A DNA stretch of 64,000 nt from Immundisolibacteraceae bacterium (GCA_052031065.1 JBPEXY010000261.1:833-64832); one strand, 5' to 3'; shown: positions 30,238 through 38,561, counted from the first letter of the stretch. The notes: generated from the sequence alone by a model not told the origin. Program-made: numbers and translations.

Positions 30238-30278
30238 ACAAATTTGTCACAGACGAAAACAGAAACGGACAATATTGT
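30238..30278. promoter_or_regulatory. Two 10-bp perfect palindromes (ACAAATTTGT, ACAATATTGT), candidate upstream activating sequences for the XylR-like activator
   Basis: The palindromes lie at 30238-30247 and 30269-30278. Their centres are 31 bp apart, about 3 helical turns. They sit roughly 110-145 bp upstream of the predicted sigma-54 start site. Confidence 0.5.
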
Positions 30279-30328
30279 TCACCCATGTTCCTGCAGCGCA
30301 ATCGCCTTTTAATAACTATTTATATGCC

Positions 30329-30341
30329 AATCAACCACTTA
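30329..30341 (+). promoter_or_regulatory. IHF core site AATCAACCACTTA (consensus WATCAANNNNTTR)
   Basis: It is an exact match to the consensus, with an AT-rich tract immediately 5'. It lies between the palindromes and the -24/-12 element. Confidence 0.5.
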
Positions 30342-30359
30342 ATAACCTTCAGGACAAGT

Positions 30360-30375
30360 TGGCAGCCGTTTTGCA
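30360..30375 (+). promoter_or_regulatory. Sigma-54 (-24/-12) promoter TGGCAG-N5-TTGCA
   Basis: TGGCAGCCGTTTTGCA has GG and GC with canonical spacing. It lies 170 bp upstream of the Rieske operon ATG and divergent from a sigma-54 activator gene. Confidence 0.72.
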
Positions 30376-30427
30376 AATAGACCCATCAAATTCCAAATAG
30401 ACCCATCAAATCCTAGACCCATCAAAT
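30374..30427 (+). repeat. Three direct repeats of TAGACCCATCAAAT (first two extend to CAAATAGACCCATCAAAT)
   Basis: The core copies lie at 30378-30391, 30398-30411 and 30414-30427, with offsets of 20 and 16 bp. The first extended copy starts inside the -12 TTGCA. Confidence 0.9.
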
Positions 30428-30543
30428 CACCGCGTGACACCGCGATGAAAATGACCAGCAGCCCCTGACTCTGCTTTTGACCCATTGAGCTTGAGCGGGC
30501 ACACCCAGACCAGCGGCGCTGCTTTCTGTATGAGGGAGAGAAT

Positions 30544-31926
30544 ATGGACTTTAGCGCAAGGTCAGCAGCTATAAACAAACTGGTCGACTTCGACAGCGGC
30601 CGCCAGGCAAAAATCATCTTCACCGACCCGGATATTTATCAGCTTGAGCTGGAACGCATATATGGCCGCTGCTGGCTGTTCCTCGCCCACGAATCCCAGC
30701 TTCCTGAAGCTGGCGATTTCATGCGCACTTTCATGGGCGAGGACGAGGTACTGGTCGTTCGTCAGCAGGACGGTTCGGTCAAGGCATTTCTTAACTTCTG
30801 CCCACACCGCGGCAACCGGGTCTGCAAGGCAGACTGGGGAAACCAGCGGCAGTTCAACTGCGCCTATCATGGCTGGTCTTTCTCGACCGACGGCTCCCTC
30901 ACCGGCGTTCCCCTGGAAGAGGTGGCCTATTACAACGAGATCGATAAATCGAAATTTGGGCTGATTGAGGTCGACCAGGTCGCCAGTTACAAAGGGTTAA
31001 TTTTTGGCTGTTTCGACCCGAACGCGCCGAGCCTGAGCGATTATCTGGGCGACATGAAGTGGTGGATTGATATCTGGCTAGACGCCATGCCCGGTGGATC
31101 AGAGCTGATGGGCAACGCCCAGAAAGTGGTCATCGACGCCAACTGGAAACTGCCAATAGAGAATGTCGCTGGCGACGGATACCACCTTGGCTGGGCCCAC
31201 GCCGGCGCGATGTCGGTTTCAACAAGCCTTGGATTGAGCGGACTGTCGGTCGGCAATACCGATGTGGATATCCAGGGCGGCCTTTCCGTCGCCGGTCTCA
31301 ATGGCCATAGCGTTCTGGCGTCCCTGGATGGTGACACCGGCTCCGGGTACGGTTTCTACCCTGACCCCCAACCTGCACTTGATTACCTGAACGCCAATCG
31401 ATCCGTTGCTGTGGAACGGCTGGGCGAATTGCGCGGCAACAAACTCTGGGGCGCCCAGATCAACTTCACCATCTACCCCAATCTGCAGTTTCTGCCTGGA
31501 CTCAACTGGTTTCGCGTCTACCACCCGAAGGGACCGGGCCGCTACGAACAGTGGACCTGGGCGATGGCCGAAAAGGACATGCCCCAAGTGTTAAAAGACC
31601 AGATTCTCGATAACCAGATTCGCACATTTGGTCCAGCCGGCCTGTTTGACAACGATGATGGCGATAACCTGGAAGCCATTACCGAGCTGGGCCGTGGCTG
31701 GCGGACCCGCCAGGCCGATGTTTACGCCAACATGGCCATCGGGCGCCACTTTGTCCGCCACGATATGCCCGGCATCATCGCTGAAGGACTGGTCTGTGAA
31801 CACAACCAGCGCTGGATGTATCGCCGCTGGCAGGACCTGATGATCGCTGAAGAGTGGCAACAGGTTCCCGATTACCGCGACGAAGCGCAGCGGATAGCCG
31901 CTCAGCAAAACCGGGGGGTCGCATAA
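30544..31926 (+). CDS. Aromatic ring-hydroxylating (Rieske) oxygenase alpha subunit
   Basis: 460 aa. It carries CPHRG...CAYHGW and the Fe motif DGYHLGWAH. A GAGGGAGAG RBS precedes it. Confidence 0.9.
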   Translation: MDFSARSAAINKLVDFDSGRQAKIIFTDPDIYQLELERIYGRCWLFLAHESQLPEAGDFMRTFMGEDEVLVVRQQDGSVKAFLNFCPHRGNRVCKADWGNQRQFNCAYHGWSFSTDGSLTGVPLEEVAYYNEIDKSKFGLIEVDQVASYKGLIFGCFDPNAPSLSDYLGDMKWWIDIWLDAMPGGSELMGNAQKVVIDANWKLPIENVAGDGYHLGWAHAGAMSVSTSLGLSGLSVGNTDVDIQGGLSVAGLNGHSVLASLDGDTGSGYGFYPDPQPALDYLNANRSVAVERLGELRGNKLWGAQINFTIYPNLQFLPGLNWFRVYHPKGPGRYEQWTWAMAEKDMPQVLKDQILDNQIRTFGPAGLFDNDDGDNLEAITELGRGWRTRQADVYANMAIGRHFVRHDMPGIIAEGLVCEHNQRWMYRRWQDLMIAEEWQQVPDYRDEAQRIAAQQNRGVA

Positions 31927-32480
31927 TGAACCGACCCGAAACCTACGCGCTGCCCTCGCTCCCCGCAGAAACTGAAACAAGCAGTGATGGCGTGTTTCTT
32001 GGTTTGCAGCGCCAACTCCATTACGAAGCCCGTCTGCTTGATCAGCTGCGGCATCAGGAGTGGCTAAAGCTATTGACCGAGGATGTCCATTACTGGGCGC
32101 CGATGGTCGGCCGACGACTACGAAACGAGACGCGCGACCCCGATCGCCTGGGCGGCTACTTTTTTAACGACCGCCTCGCCCACCTGCAGATGCGCGTAAC
32201 CCGGCTGGAGAGTGGCATGGTCTGGTGCGAAGACCCGGTCAACCATGTCCGCCATCTGGTTAGCAACGTCGAAGTCTTCGACACAGCAGACGCGGATGAA
32301 GTGAAGGTCTATTCTGCAATTGACCTGCACCGCTGCCGCCTGGACAGCAAATCCAAACGCATCACTTATGGTCGTACCGATATCTGGCGACAGCAGGAGG
32401 GGAGATGGTTGCTCGCCATGCGCCAGATAGATTTCGACCACAATGCCACTATCGACAGCAACCTGAACCTGTTGTTCTAA
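31926..32480 (+). CDS. Ring-hydroxylating oxygenase beta subunit
   Basis: The ATG at 31926 overlaps the alpha stop (TAATG), giving 184 aa starting MNRPETY. It has the motif LHYEARLLDQLRHQEW. The ORF-track start at 31854 lies inside the alpha gene. Confidence 0.85.
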   Translation: MNRPETYALPSLPAETETSSDGVFLGLQRQLHYEARLLDQLRHQEWLKLLTEDVHYWAPMVGRRLRNETRDPDRLGGYFFNDRLAHLQMRVTRLESGMVWCEDPVNHVRHLVSNVEVFDTADADEVKVYSAIDLHRCRLDSKSKRITYGRTDIWRQQEGRWLLAMRQIDFDHNATIDSNLNLLF

Positions 32481-32519
32481 ACCCGCCAACCAGCAGATTA
32501 TTCGAGAGAGGAGCCCACC

Positions 32520-33860
32520 GTGGACATGCGCACCCGCAACCCCTACCCCACCGATTTTCACGATTACATCAACACCGAAGAAGGATGGGTGGATCGCCGC
32601 ATTTTCTGGGAAGAGGAGATCTACCAGCAGGAGCTGGAGAAAATCTTTGCCCGCTCATGGCATTTCATTGCCCATGACTCACAGCTGCCCAACCATGGCG
32701 ATTTCATCACCACCTATATGGGTGAAGATGGGGTCGTCGCCAGTCGTCATAGCGACGGGCTGGTTTATGTCTATCTGAACTCCTGTCCACACCGTGGTAA
32801 CAAAATCTGTTTTGCTGATGAAGGCAATACCCGCAGTTTTAACTGTAATTATCACGGCTGGTCGTTCAGTACCCAGGGCGAGCTGCTCGGCATCCATAAC
32901 GAACAGACTTACGACAAAGGCGACATCGACAAATCCAGCTGGGGGCTGCGCAATGCCCGGGTGGAGAACTACAAGGGTCTGATTTTCGCCAACTTCGACC
33001 ATGATGCGCCCGATCTGGAAAGCTGGCTCGGCGATTACCGCTGGTTTCTCGATATGCTGATTGACAACGAAGAAGGCGGCATCGAGTTTCTGCCCGGCAC
33101 CATCAAATCCTACGTGAACGCTAACTGGAAATTTGGGGTAGAGAATTTCATCGGAGATGCCCTGCACGCCATGTGGAATCACGACTCGGGCGCGAAGGCG
33201 ATGATGAACAACCAGCCGTTTCCTCCCGCCGTGCTGGAAGATTCCTTTCACGCATCGATGAACGGCCACGGCTGGGAGTTTGCTCTCGATGGATATGCGG
33301 ATATCGCCATCCTCGGCCAGCCGGAGGTCATCGAATATTACCAGCAGCTCAAACCGAAAATGGCTGAACGGCTTGGTGAGTTGAGATCAAAGATTTTTGG
33401 TTCACTGGCGTCAGCGGCGGTTTTCCCGAATATTTCTTTCCTCGCGGGGTTGGGCACCTTCAGGGTCTGGCTGCCACGAGGGCCACGCAAACTTGAACTG
33501 CGCATCTGGACGATTGTGAACAAGAACATGCCCGACGAAATCAAACAGGCGATCAACCGCGGCACTATGCTCACTTTCGCACCCGGCGGCACGCTGGAAA
33601 TGGACGACGGGGAGAACTGGGAAGGCAACACCACCACCAATCGCGGTTTTATTACCCGTCAGGAAAAACTCCACTACGGTTGCGGCATTAGCCGCCGCAT
33701 TGAGCACGAAGAGATACCCGGCATCGTCTACCAAGGCCAGTATAACGACGCGAATCAACGCGCTTTTTATCAGCGCTGGGCCGACATGATGAACGCGGAA
33801 AACTGGAACGACATCCCCGAGCGTTACACCCCGCGCTACACCGGTAAACCGACGCGCTAA
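32520..33860 (+). CDS. Aromatic ring-hydroxylating (Rieske) oxygenase alpha subunit
   Basis: 446 aa. It carries CPHRG...CNYHGW and the Fe motif DALHAMWNH. A GAGAGAGGAG RBS lies before GTG 32520; ATG 32526 is an alternative start. Confidence 0.9.
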   Translation: MDMRTRNPYPTDFHDYINTEEGWVDRRIFWEEEIYQQELEKIFARSWHFIAHDSQLPNHGDFITTYMGEDGVVASRHSDGLVYVYLNSCPHRGNKICFADEGNTRSFNCNYHGWSFSTQGELLGIHNEQTYDKGDIDKSSWGLRNARVENYKGLIFANFDHDAPDLESWLGDYRWFLDMLIDNEEGGIEFLPGTIKSYVNANWKFGVENFIGDALHAMWNHDSGAKAMMNNQPFPPAVLEDSFHASMNGHGWEFALDGYADIAILGQPEVIEYYQQLKPKMAERLGELRSKIFGSLASAAVFPNISFLAGLGTFRVWLPRGPRKLELRIWTIVNKNMPDEIKQAINRGTMLTFAPGGTLEMDDGENWEGNTTTNRGFITRQEKLHYGCGISRRIEHEEIPGIVYQGQYNDANQRAFYQRWADMMNAENWNDIPERYTPRYTGKPTR

Positions 33861-33871
33861 GGAGACAAACC

Positions 33872-34414
33872 ATGAGCAGCACCGCAGAACAGTTAACCCC
33901 TCAAACTGATAAACCCGGTCCCGAGCTTATTAGCGAAGTGGAACAGTTTCTTTACCGCGAAGCGCGTTATCAGGATGCCCAGCAGTATCGCGACTGGCAG
34001 CAAATGCTGACCCGGGACATCCACTACTGGATGCCCGCGCTGAGCCAGCGATATCGGAAGAATGACCTGCCACCCGACCCCACGCACATTGCCCATTACA
34101 ACGATAACTACGAGGACATCGATACCCGCATTCGCCGCACTGAAACCGGTACCTGCTGGTCAGAGGACCCCGCCACCCGCAGTGCCCACGTGGTGACCAA
34201 CGTTGAGGTCGAACTCACTGACCATCCGGATGAATACCGGGTCCACTCGCTGATCACCGTCTATCGCAACATGAATGAAGACGAGGAGCACACCCTTTAT
34301 GGTCGCCGTGAAGACATCCTGCGCCGTGAACAGGGTGAATTAAAGCTGGCTCGACGGAAAATCATCATTGCCCAGAACATTTTTCTGAGCAAGAGCCTGA
34401 ATGTTTATCTGTAA
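33872..34414 (+). CDS. Ring-hydroxylating oxygenase beta subunit
   Basis: 180 aa. It has the motif FLYREARYQDAQQYRDW and starts 11 nt after the alpha stop. Confidence 0.85.
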   Translation: MSSTAEQLTPQTDKPGPELISEVEQFLYREARYQDAQQYRDWQQMLTRDIHYWMPALSQRYRKNDLPPDPTHIAHYNDNYEDIDTRIRRTETGTCWSEDPATRSAHVVTNVEVELTDHPDEYRVHSLITVYRNMNEDEEHTLYGRREDILRREQGELKLARRKIIIAQNIFLSKSLNVYL

Positions 34415-34480
34415 ACCAACAGCCACCGACACTGTGACTCGCCCACACCCTGGCTGAGTGAAACAACTGGAGCACCTACC

Positions 34481-35593
34481 GTGGACTACCTACGATACTA
34501 CTTATGCACCGCTATGGTGCTCACTGGCATTTTCGGATTCTGGCTTGGTGGACAGGGACTATGGGCCGGCATACTTACCTTTCCGGCATTACTGGTGGCA
34601 GACCTTCTGCTCGGCAAGGATCACGCGCGCCGCCACATTGCCATGCCTCACCTGGCAGACATTCCCCTCTACCTGCACGTTATCCTGATGATCGCCTTAT
34701 ATGCCACCTTTGCCTGGCGCATGGGTACCGGCATCGGCTTGGAAGGCGTGTCTGGCACTATTGCGCTGATCGGCGGTTTTCTATCACTGGTCTGGCTCAG
34801 CATCGTCCCCTCGGTACCGGTTGTGCATGAACTGATGCACCGCCACGGGGTTGTTCCCAGGTTTTTTGCAAAAATCGGGTCGGCTTTTTTTGCCGACATG
34901 AACCGCGATATCGCCCACCTGATCACCCACCACATACACTTTGACACTCTCGATGACAGCGACACCGCAATGCGTGGCGAAAATGTATTCCGGTTTATGT
35001 GGCGTGCAACCAAAGGCAGCTATCTGGACGCCTGGCAAACAGAGAAAAAGCGCATGGCTGCCAAAGGCAAAGGGGTCTGGTCTCCACAAGGCCTGGTGCT
35101 CTGGTCGATCGTGTCTGTATTGATGATTGCCATCGGTTGCGGACTGCTTGGCGGTATCGCCGCCGTAATGGTTGCCTTCGCGGCAACCATTACCGCCAAG
35201 TTCATGCTTGAGGCGCTCAATTTTCTGCAGCATTACGGCCTGGTACGCGTGGCGGGTGTGCCGATGGAGAATCATCACACCTGGAACCACCTCTCCGCCG
35301 TATCCCGTGCCGTGGGCTACGAAATTACCACCCACATTGATCACCACAAAAACGGTGACCTGCGGTTTGATCAGCTGGTTCCGTATCCCGAAGCGCCGCA
35401 GATGCCGAGCGTTTTTGTCTGTGCCGTCATGGCGGTCATCCCACCGCTATGGACCCGCTATGCCCAGAAACGTTTACAGGAGTGGGACAACACCTTCGCC
35501 AGCCCGGCTGAACGGGAACTTGCCCGTGAAGCCAACCTTAAAGCCGGTTGGCCCGACTGGTTCGATAATCAACCAGAACTCGCTACACCATAA
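34481..35593 (+). CDS. AlkB/XylM-type integral-membrane di-iron hydroxylase (fatty-acid desaturase superfamily)
   Basis: 370 aa, which I recall as about XylM size (from memory). It has N-terminal TM helices. The histidine boxes are HELMHRH, HLITHHIH, NFLQHYGL and HIDHH, in the order known for AlkB/XylM. Confidence 0.8.
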   Translation: MDYLRYYLCTAMVLTGIFGFWLGGQGLWAGILTFPALLVADLLLGKDHARRHIAMPHLADIPLYLHVILMIALYATFAWRMGTGIGLEGVSGTIALIGGFLSLVWLSIVPSVPVVHELMHRHGVVPRFFAKIGSAFFADMNRDIAHLITHHIHFDTLDDSDTAMRGENVFRFMWRATKGSYLDAWQTEKKRMAAKGKGVWSPQGLVLWSIVSVLMIAIGCGLLGGIAAVMVAFAATITAKFMLEALNFLQHYGLVRVAGVPMENHHTWNHLSAVSRAVGYEITTHIDHHKNGDLRFDQLVPYPEAPQMPSVFVCAVMAVIPPLWTRYAQKRLQEWDNTFASPAERELAREANLKAGWPDWFDNQPELATP

Positions 35594-35636
35594 TAAACAG
35601 TGCGAACACACGCCAATCAGCGTGTTGAGTCCACCG

Positions 35637-36560
35637 TTAGCTAACCTCCCTGAGCCGGCCCAGCCATCGCCGCGACCAATAATCAGCTGAATGTTTGAAC
35701 AGAGGTTCCGCCTGCTGCAGTGCGTGCTGCTGTAATCGCCAGCTGCGCTGTCCAAGCAGGGACATCAGCTGCGCTAATTCCGGTGCGGGCAGCGGTGGTT
35801 TTTCCTGTCCTACCAGCCAGCTACGCAGCACGCTCATATCCTGATAATCTCCCAGCGTCTCGGTGAGCTGCTTAAGTTTCTTCTTCCGCAGCGTCAGTTT
35901 GTTCGGGTCAAGCTGTTCCAGCAGTCGAACCTGATACCAATGGTCCTTCATCCGCTTACGCATTTCATGAGTGTGCTCTATGGAGGGAAACTCCCGCACC
36001 CGCTGCATTGACCTGAGCGCGATAGCGTAGGTGCGTACTGCCGAATCGATGAATAACCGATATTCGAATCGCTCGGATGCGGTGCTGACCTGATCAGCCA
36101 GAGAGAGCAACTCGACCCGCAGCGCGAAACCATCATCAGAACTGATCACGGCAGCAGATAGTGTTGCCTCCCGCTGCGATTCCAGCACTCCCTGAAGTTG
36201 CAGTAATACAGCTCTGTGGGATTGGGATTCAGCCGGACCGGAATCAGCTTCAGCGATCATCCGTTCGGTCACTTCAAGCATCGCGTCGCTGTCGCGCTGA
36301 CCGGAGAGAACCAACCCCAGATCACGCAGCCGCCGATTGAAATGGCTTACTGATTTACCGCAGAGTTTCTGCCCACGGACCAGGCGTAACAGCGCGCGAC
36401 ACTCTTTTAATCGCTTCCGTGCGTTATGCACGGCAGTAGCACGACGTTGTGCTGGGCCATCGAGGTGGTCCAGCTCTGCCAGTGCCCGGAATAACCGTTC
36501 CTTTACCAGCCGGCCCAGCTCTTCGTCAGCGCGGTGCTCTAAATCAAATCGCAAAGACAT
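35637..36560 (-). CDS. CHAD domain protein (polyphosphate-granule-associated family)
   Basis: 307 aa and predicted all-helical. It has repeated basic His/Arg motifs (VHNARKRLKECRALLRL; HEMRKRMKDHWYQVRLL) typical of CHAD. Confidence 0.75.
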   Translation of the reverse strand: MSLRFDLEHRADEELGRLVKERLFRALAELDHLDGPAQRRATAVHNARKRLKECRALLRLVRGQKLCGKSVSHFNRRLRDLGLVLSGQRDSDAMLEVTERMIAEADSGPAESQSHRAVLLQLQGVLESQREATLSAAVISSDDGFALRVELLSLADQVSTASERFEYRLFIDSAVRTYAIALRSMQRVREFPSIEHTHEMRKRMKDHWYQVRLLEQLDPNKLTLRKKKLKQLTETLGDYQDMSVLRSWLVGQEKPPLPAPELAQLMSLLGQRSWRLQQHALQQAEPLFKHSADYWSRRWLGRLREVS

Positions 36561-36614
36561 AGGCTAGGTCCCTGATTAACCCCTCCAGGCAGCAGAGGCA
36601 GAACAAGCGCCAGA

Positions 36615-37388
36615 TTACCCGGGAGCCTGGTCGCGGGTAAAAATGATCTCCTGTTCACCACTCAGCTCGCCGTTATACCGGTAACCCTGCCAGTCGAAAT
36701 CGCGTAGCTGATCCGGGGACTGCAGACGGTTTTCAATAATGAAACGGGCCATTGCACCACGCGCCCGTTTGGCGAAGAAGCTAATCATTTTGTACTGACC
36801 GTTTTTCAGGTCCCTGAACTGAGGTGTAATGAGCCGCCCGGCAAGTCGACGTTTATTGAGTGCCCTGAAATATTCGTTGGAGGCCAGGTTGACCAGCACC
36901 GGCTGCTGCTCCAGCAACCGGTTCAATTCATCAGTTAGCCCATCGCCCCAGAACTCATAGAGGTTTTTACCGCGCTGGTTAGCAAAGGAAGTACCCATTT
37001 CCAGTCGATAGGGCTGAATCAGGTCGAGCGGTTTGAGCAGGCCGTAGAGCCCGGAAAGAATACGCAGATGCTGCTGCGCGTATTCAAGGTCATCCGCTGA
37101 CAAACTGGTGGCATCCAGGCCCTGATAGACATCGCCGGTAAACGCCAGTACCGCCTGTTTACTGTTGTCAAAATCAAACCGCGGCTGCCAGGCCTGATAA
37201 CGCTGATGATTCAGGTCAGCAAGTTTGTCGCTGATCGACATCAGTGAGCCAATCTGACTGCTGCCCAGCTTGCGCAACTGGCCGATCAACTCTTGCGCTT
37301 CTGCAACGAAATCGGGCTGGGTCGCCGGCAGATGCTGGCTTGGAGTTTCAAAATCGAGGCTCTTCGCCGGGGAGAGAATAACAATCAT
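36615..37388 (-). CDS. yaaA: Peroxide stress protein YaaA (UPF0246/DUF328)
   Basis: From the ATG at 37388 the protein starts MIVILSPAKSLDF, matching E. coli YaaA MLILISPAKTLDY. The ORF-track start (GTG 37397) adds 3 residues. Confidence 0.88.
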   Translation of the reverse strand: MIVILSPAKSLDFETPSQHLPATQPDFVAEAQELIGQLRKLGSSQIGSLMSISDKLADLNHQRYQAWQPRFDFDNSKQAVLAFTGDVYQGLDATSLSADDLEYAQQHLRILSGLYGLLKPLDLIQPYRLEMGTSFANQRGKNLYEFWGDGLTDELNRLLEQQPVLVNLASNEYFRALNKRRLAGRLITPQFRDLKNGQYKMISFFAKRARGAMARFIIENRLQSPDQLRDFDWQGYRYNGELSGEQEIIFTRDQAPG

Positions 37389-37525
37389 CACAGGCACTCA
37401 CTCGGGTGTCGTTTTGCAGGTAATTGGCCGAATGGAAATCCGGACAGGAAGTCCCGGATAGAAAAACCCCGGGTAGAAAAAAGTCCAGCCGTTTAGTGTA
37501 CTGAGATTAGCCCGTTAGCCAAAAC

Positions 37526-37984
37526 TTACAGTGGGTCGTCACGTCCACCTCGATCAGACAGATCCCCCCAGTAGCGCTGCATCTCCAGGAACAGCATCGA
37601 AGCAGACCAGGTGATCAGCACCAGCCCGGTGAGTGATTCGAGCCCAGCGGTAAATCGCAGGTGGCCGACCGGTTCAATATCGCCGTAACCCACCGTCGAA
37701 TAGGTGGTGAATGAAAAATAGACGCAATCCAGCAGGGAGCCATCAAAATTACCCTGCAGTGACCCCAGACGCACGCTTTGCTGCTGCCAGTAATAGGCAA
37801 GACCAAAAATCCAGATTTCTACGACGTGAGCAAGCAGCGCAGCCAGAACACCAATAACCACGCGGTAACGATATTGCAGGGTAATGTGACGCAGCAGCCT
37901 GTAGGTGCGAAACAGAAATTCATAATGAATCGCCACCGTCAGCACCACCAGAGCAGTATTGATCAGCCAACTCGTCAACATCAT
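37526..37984 (-). CDS. Minimal potassium channel (pore-only, no regulatory domain)
   Basis: 152 aa. It has the selectivity filter TVGYGD flanked by TM helices. There is no RCK, CNB or voltage-sensor domain. Confidence 0.8.
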   Translation of the reverse strand: MMLTSWLINTALVVLTVAIHYEFLFRTYRLLRHITLQYRYRVVIGVLAALLAHVVEIWIFGLAYYWQQQSVRLGSLQGNFDGSLLDCVYFSFTTYSTVGYGDIEPVGHLRFTAGLESLTGLVLITWSASMLFLEMQRYWGDLSDRGGRDDPL

Positions 37985-38011
37985 CTGTCCCTTGCGTCGT
38001 TAGCTAACAAG

Positions 38012-38551
38012 TCAATGCCCGGTGACCGCCTGTCGCACGACCCGCCACTGCTCCAACTTGTCAGCCGGTCGTAGCCTCGCCATTGCCGGCGAAGTGGAGG
38101 GAAGACGGGTCATGCTGATCCGTCTATCAAGCGAACCCAGCCCCGGTTGAACATGGCGCCGGAACTCCTGCTGGGCACGACTACCGTTAAAGAAAACCGA
38201 GTGAATAGTTGTATGTTCCCGCAGAAACTCGATCAGCTCATTAGGCTCCACAGAAGCACCATCGATACTCGAATCCAGACTTCCCGGCCGGATACAGCTA
38301 CCGATCACATCCCACACCGCGATGGGGTGCGCCGTCAAACTGGCGACCTTATCCTGGTAATCCAGGTCGGTGGAAAAACCAAACAGCTGCGCCATAATCG
38401 ACCAGAACGCATTCTGCGGATTACCGTAGTACTGCTGCTTGCGTAGCGCCTCTTCACCCGGTATCGATCCGAGTACCAGCACTTGTGGGCGCGGACCAAC
38501 CAGCGGCGGAAAACTACTTTTTCTTACTTCCGAGACCAAGTTGCTGGACAA
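38012..38551 (-). CDS. DNA-deoxyinosine (hypoxanthine) glycosylase, UDG family 6-like
   Basis: 179 aa. The motif VLGSIPGEEALRKQQYYGNPQNAFW matches the UDG-superfamily active-site region as I recall it for family 6. Confidence 0.6.
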   Translation of the reverse strand: MSSNLVSEVRKSSFPPLVGPRPQVLVLGSIPGEEALRKQQYYGNPQNAFWSIMAQLFGFSTDLDYQDKVASLTAHPIAVWDVIGSCIRPGSLDSSIDGASVEPNELIEFLREHTTIHSVFFNGSRAQQEFRRHVQPGLGSLDRRISMTRLPSTSPAMARLRPADKLEQWRVVRQAVTGH

Positions 38552-38561
38552 ATCAGACCGG

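Noticed and set aside
30374-30427. The triple repeat as a mini CRISPR array.
   Set aside because: The units are only 14-18 nt with 2-6 nt between them, so there are no spacers. No cas genes are present. The repeats sit inside a promoter and leader.
30339-30623. A 94-aa minus-strand ORF spanning the sigma-54 promoter, the triple repeat and the start of the Rieske alpha gene.
   Set aside because: It overlaps a well-supported promoter and leader and the 5' end of a motif-bearing gene. It has no RBS and no recognisable protein features. The repeats are better explained as DNA or RNA elements.
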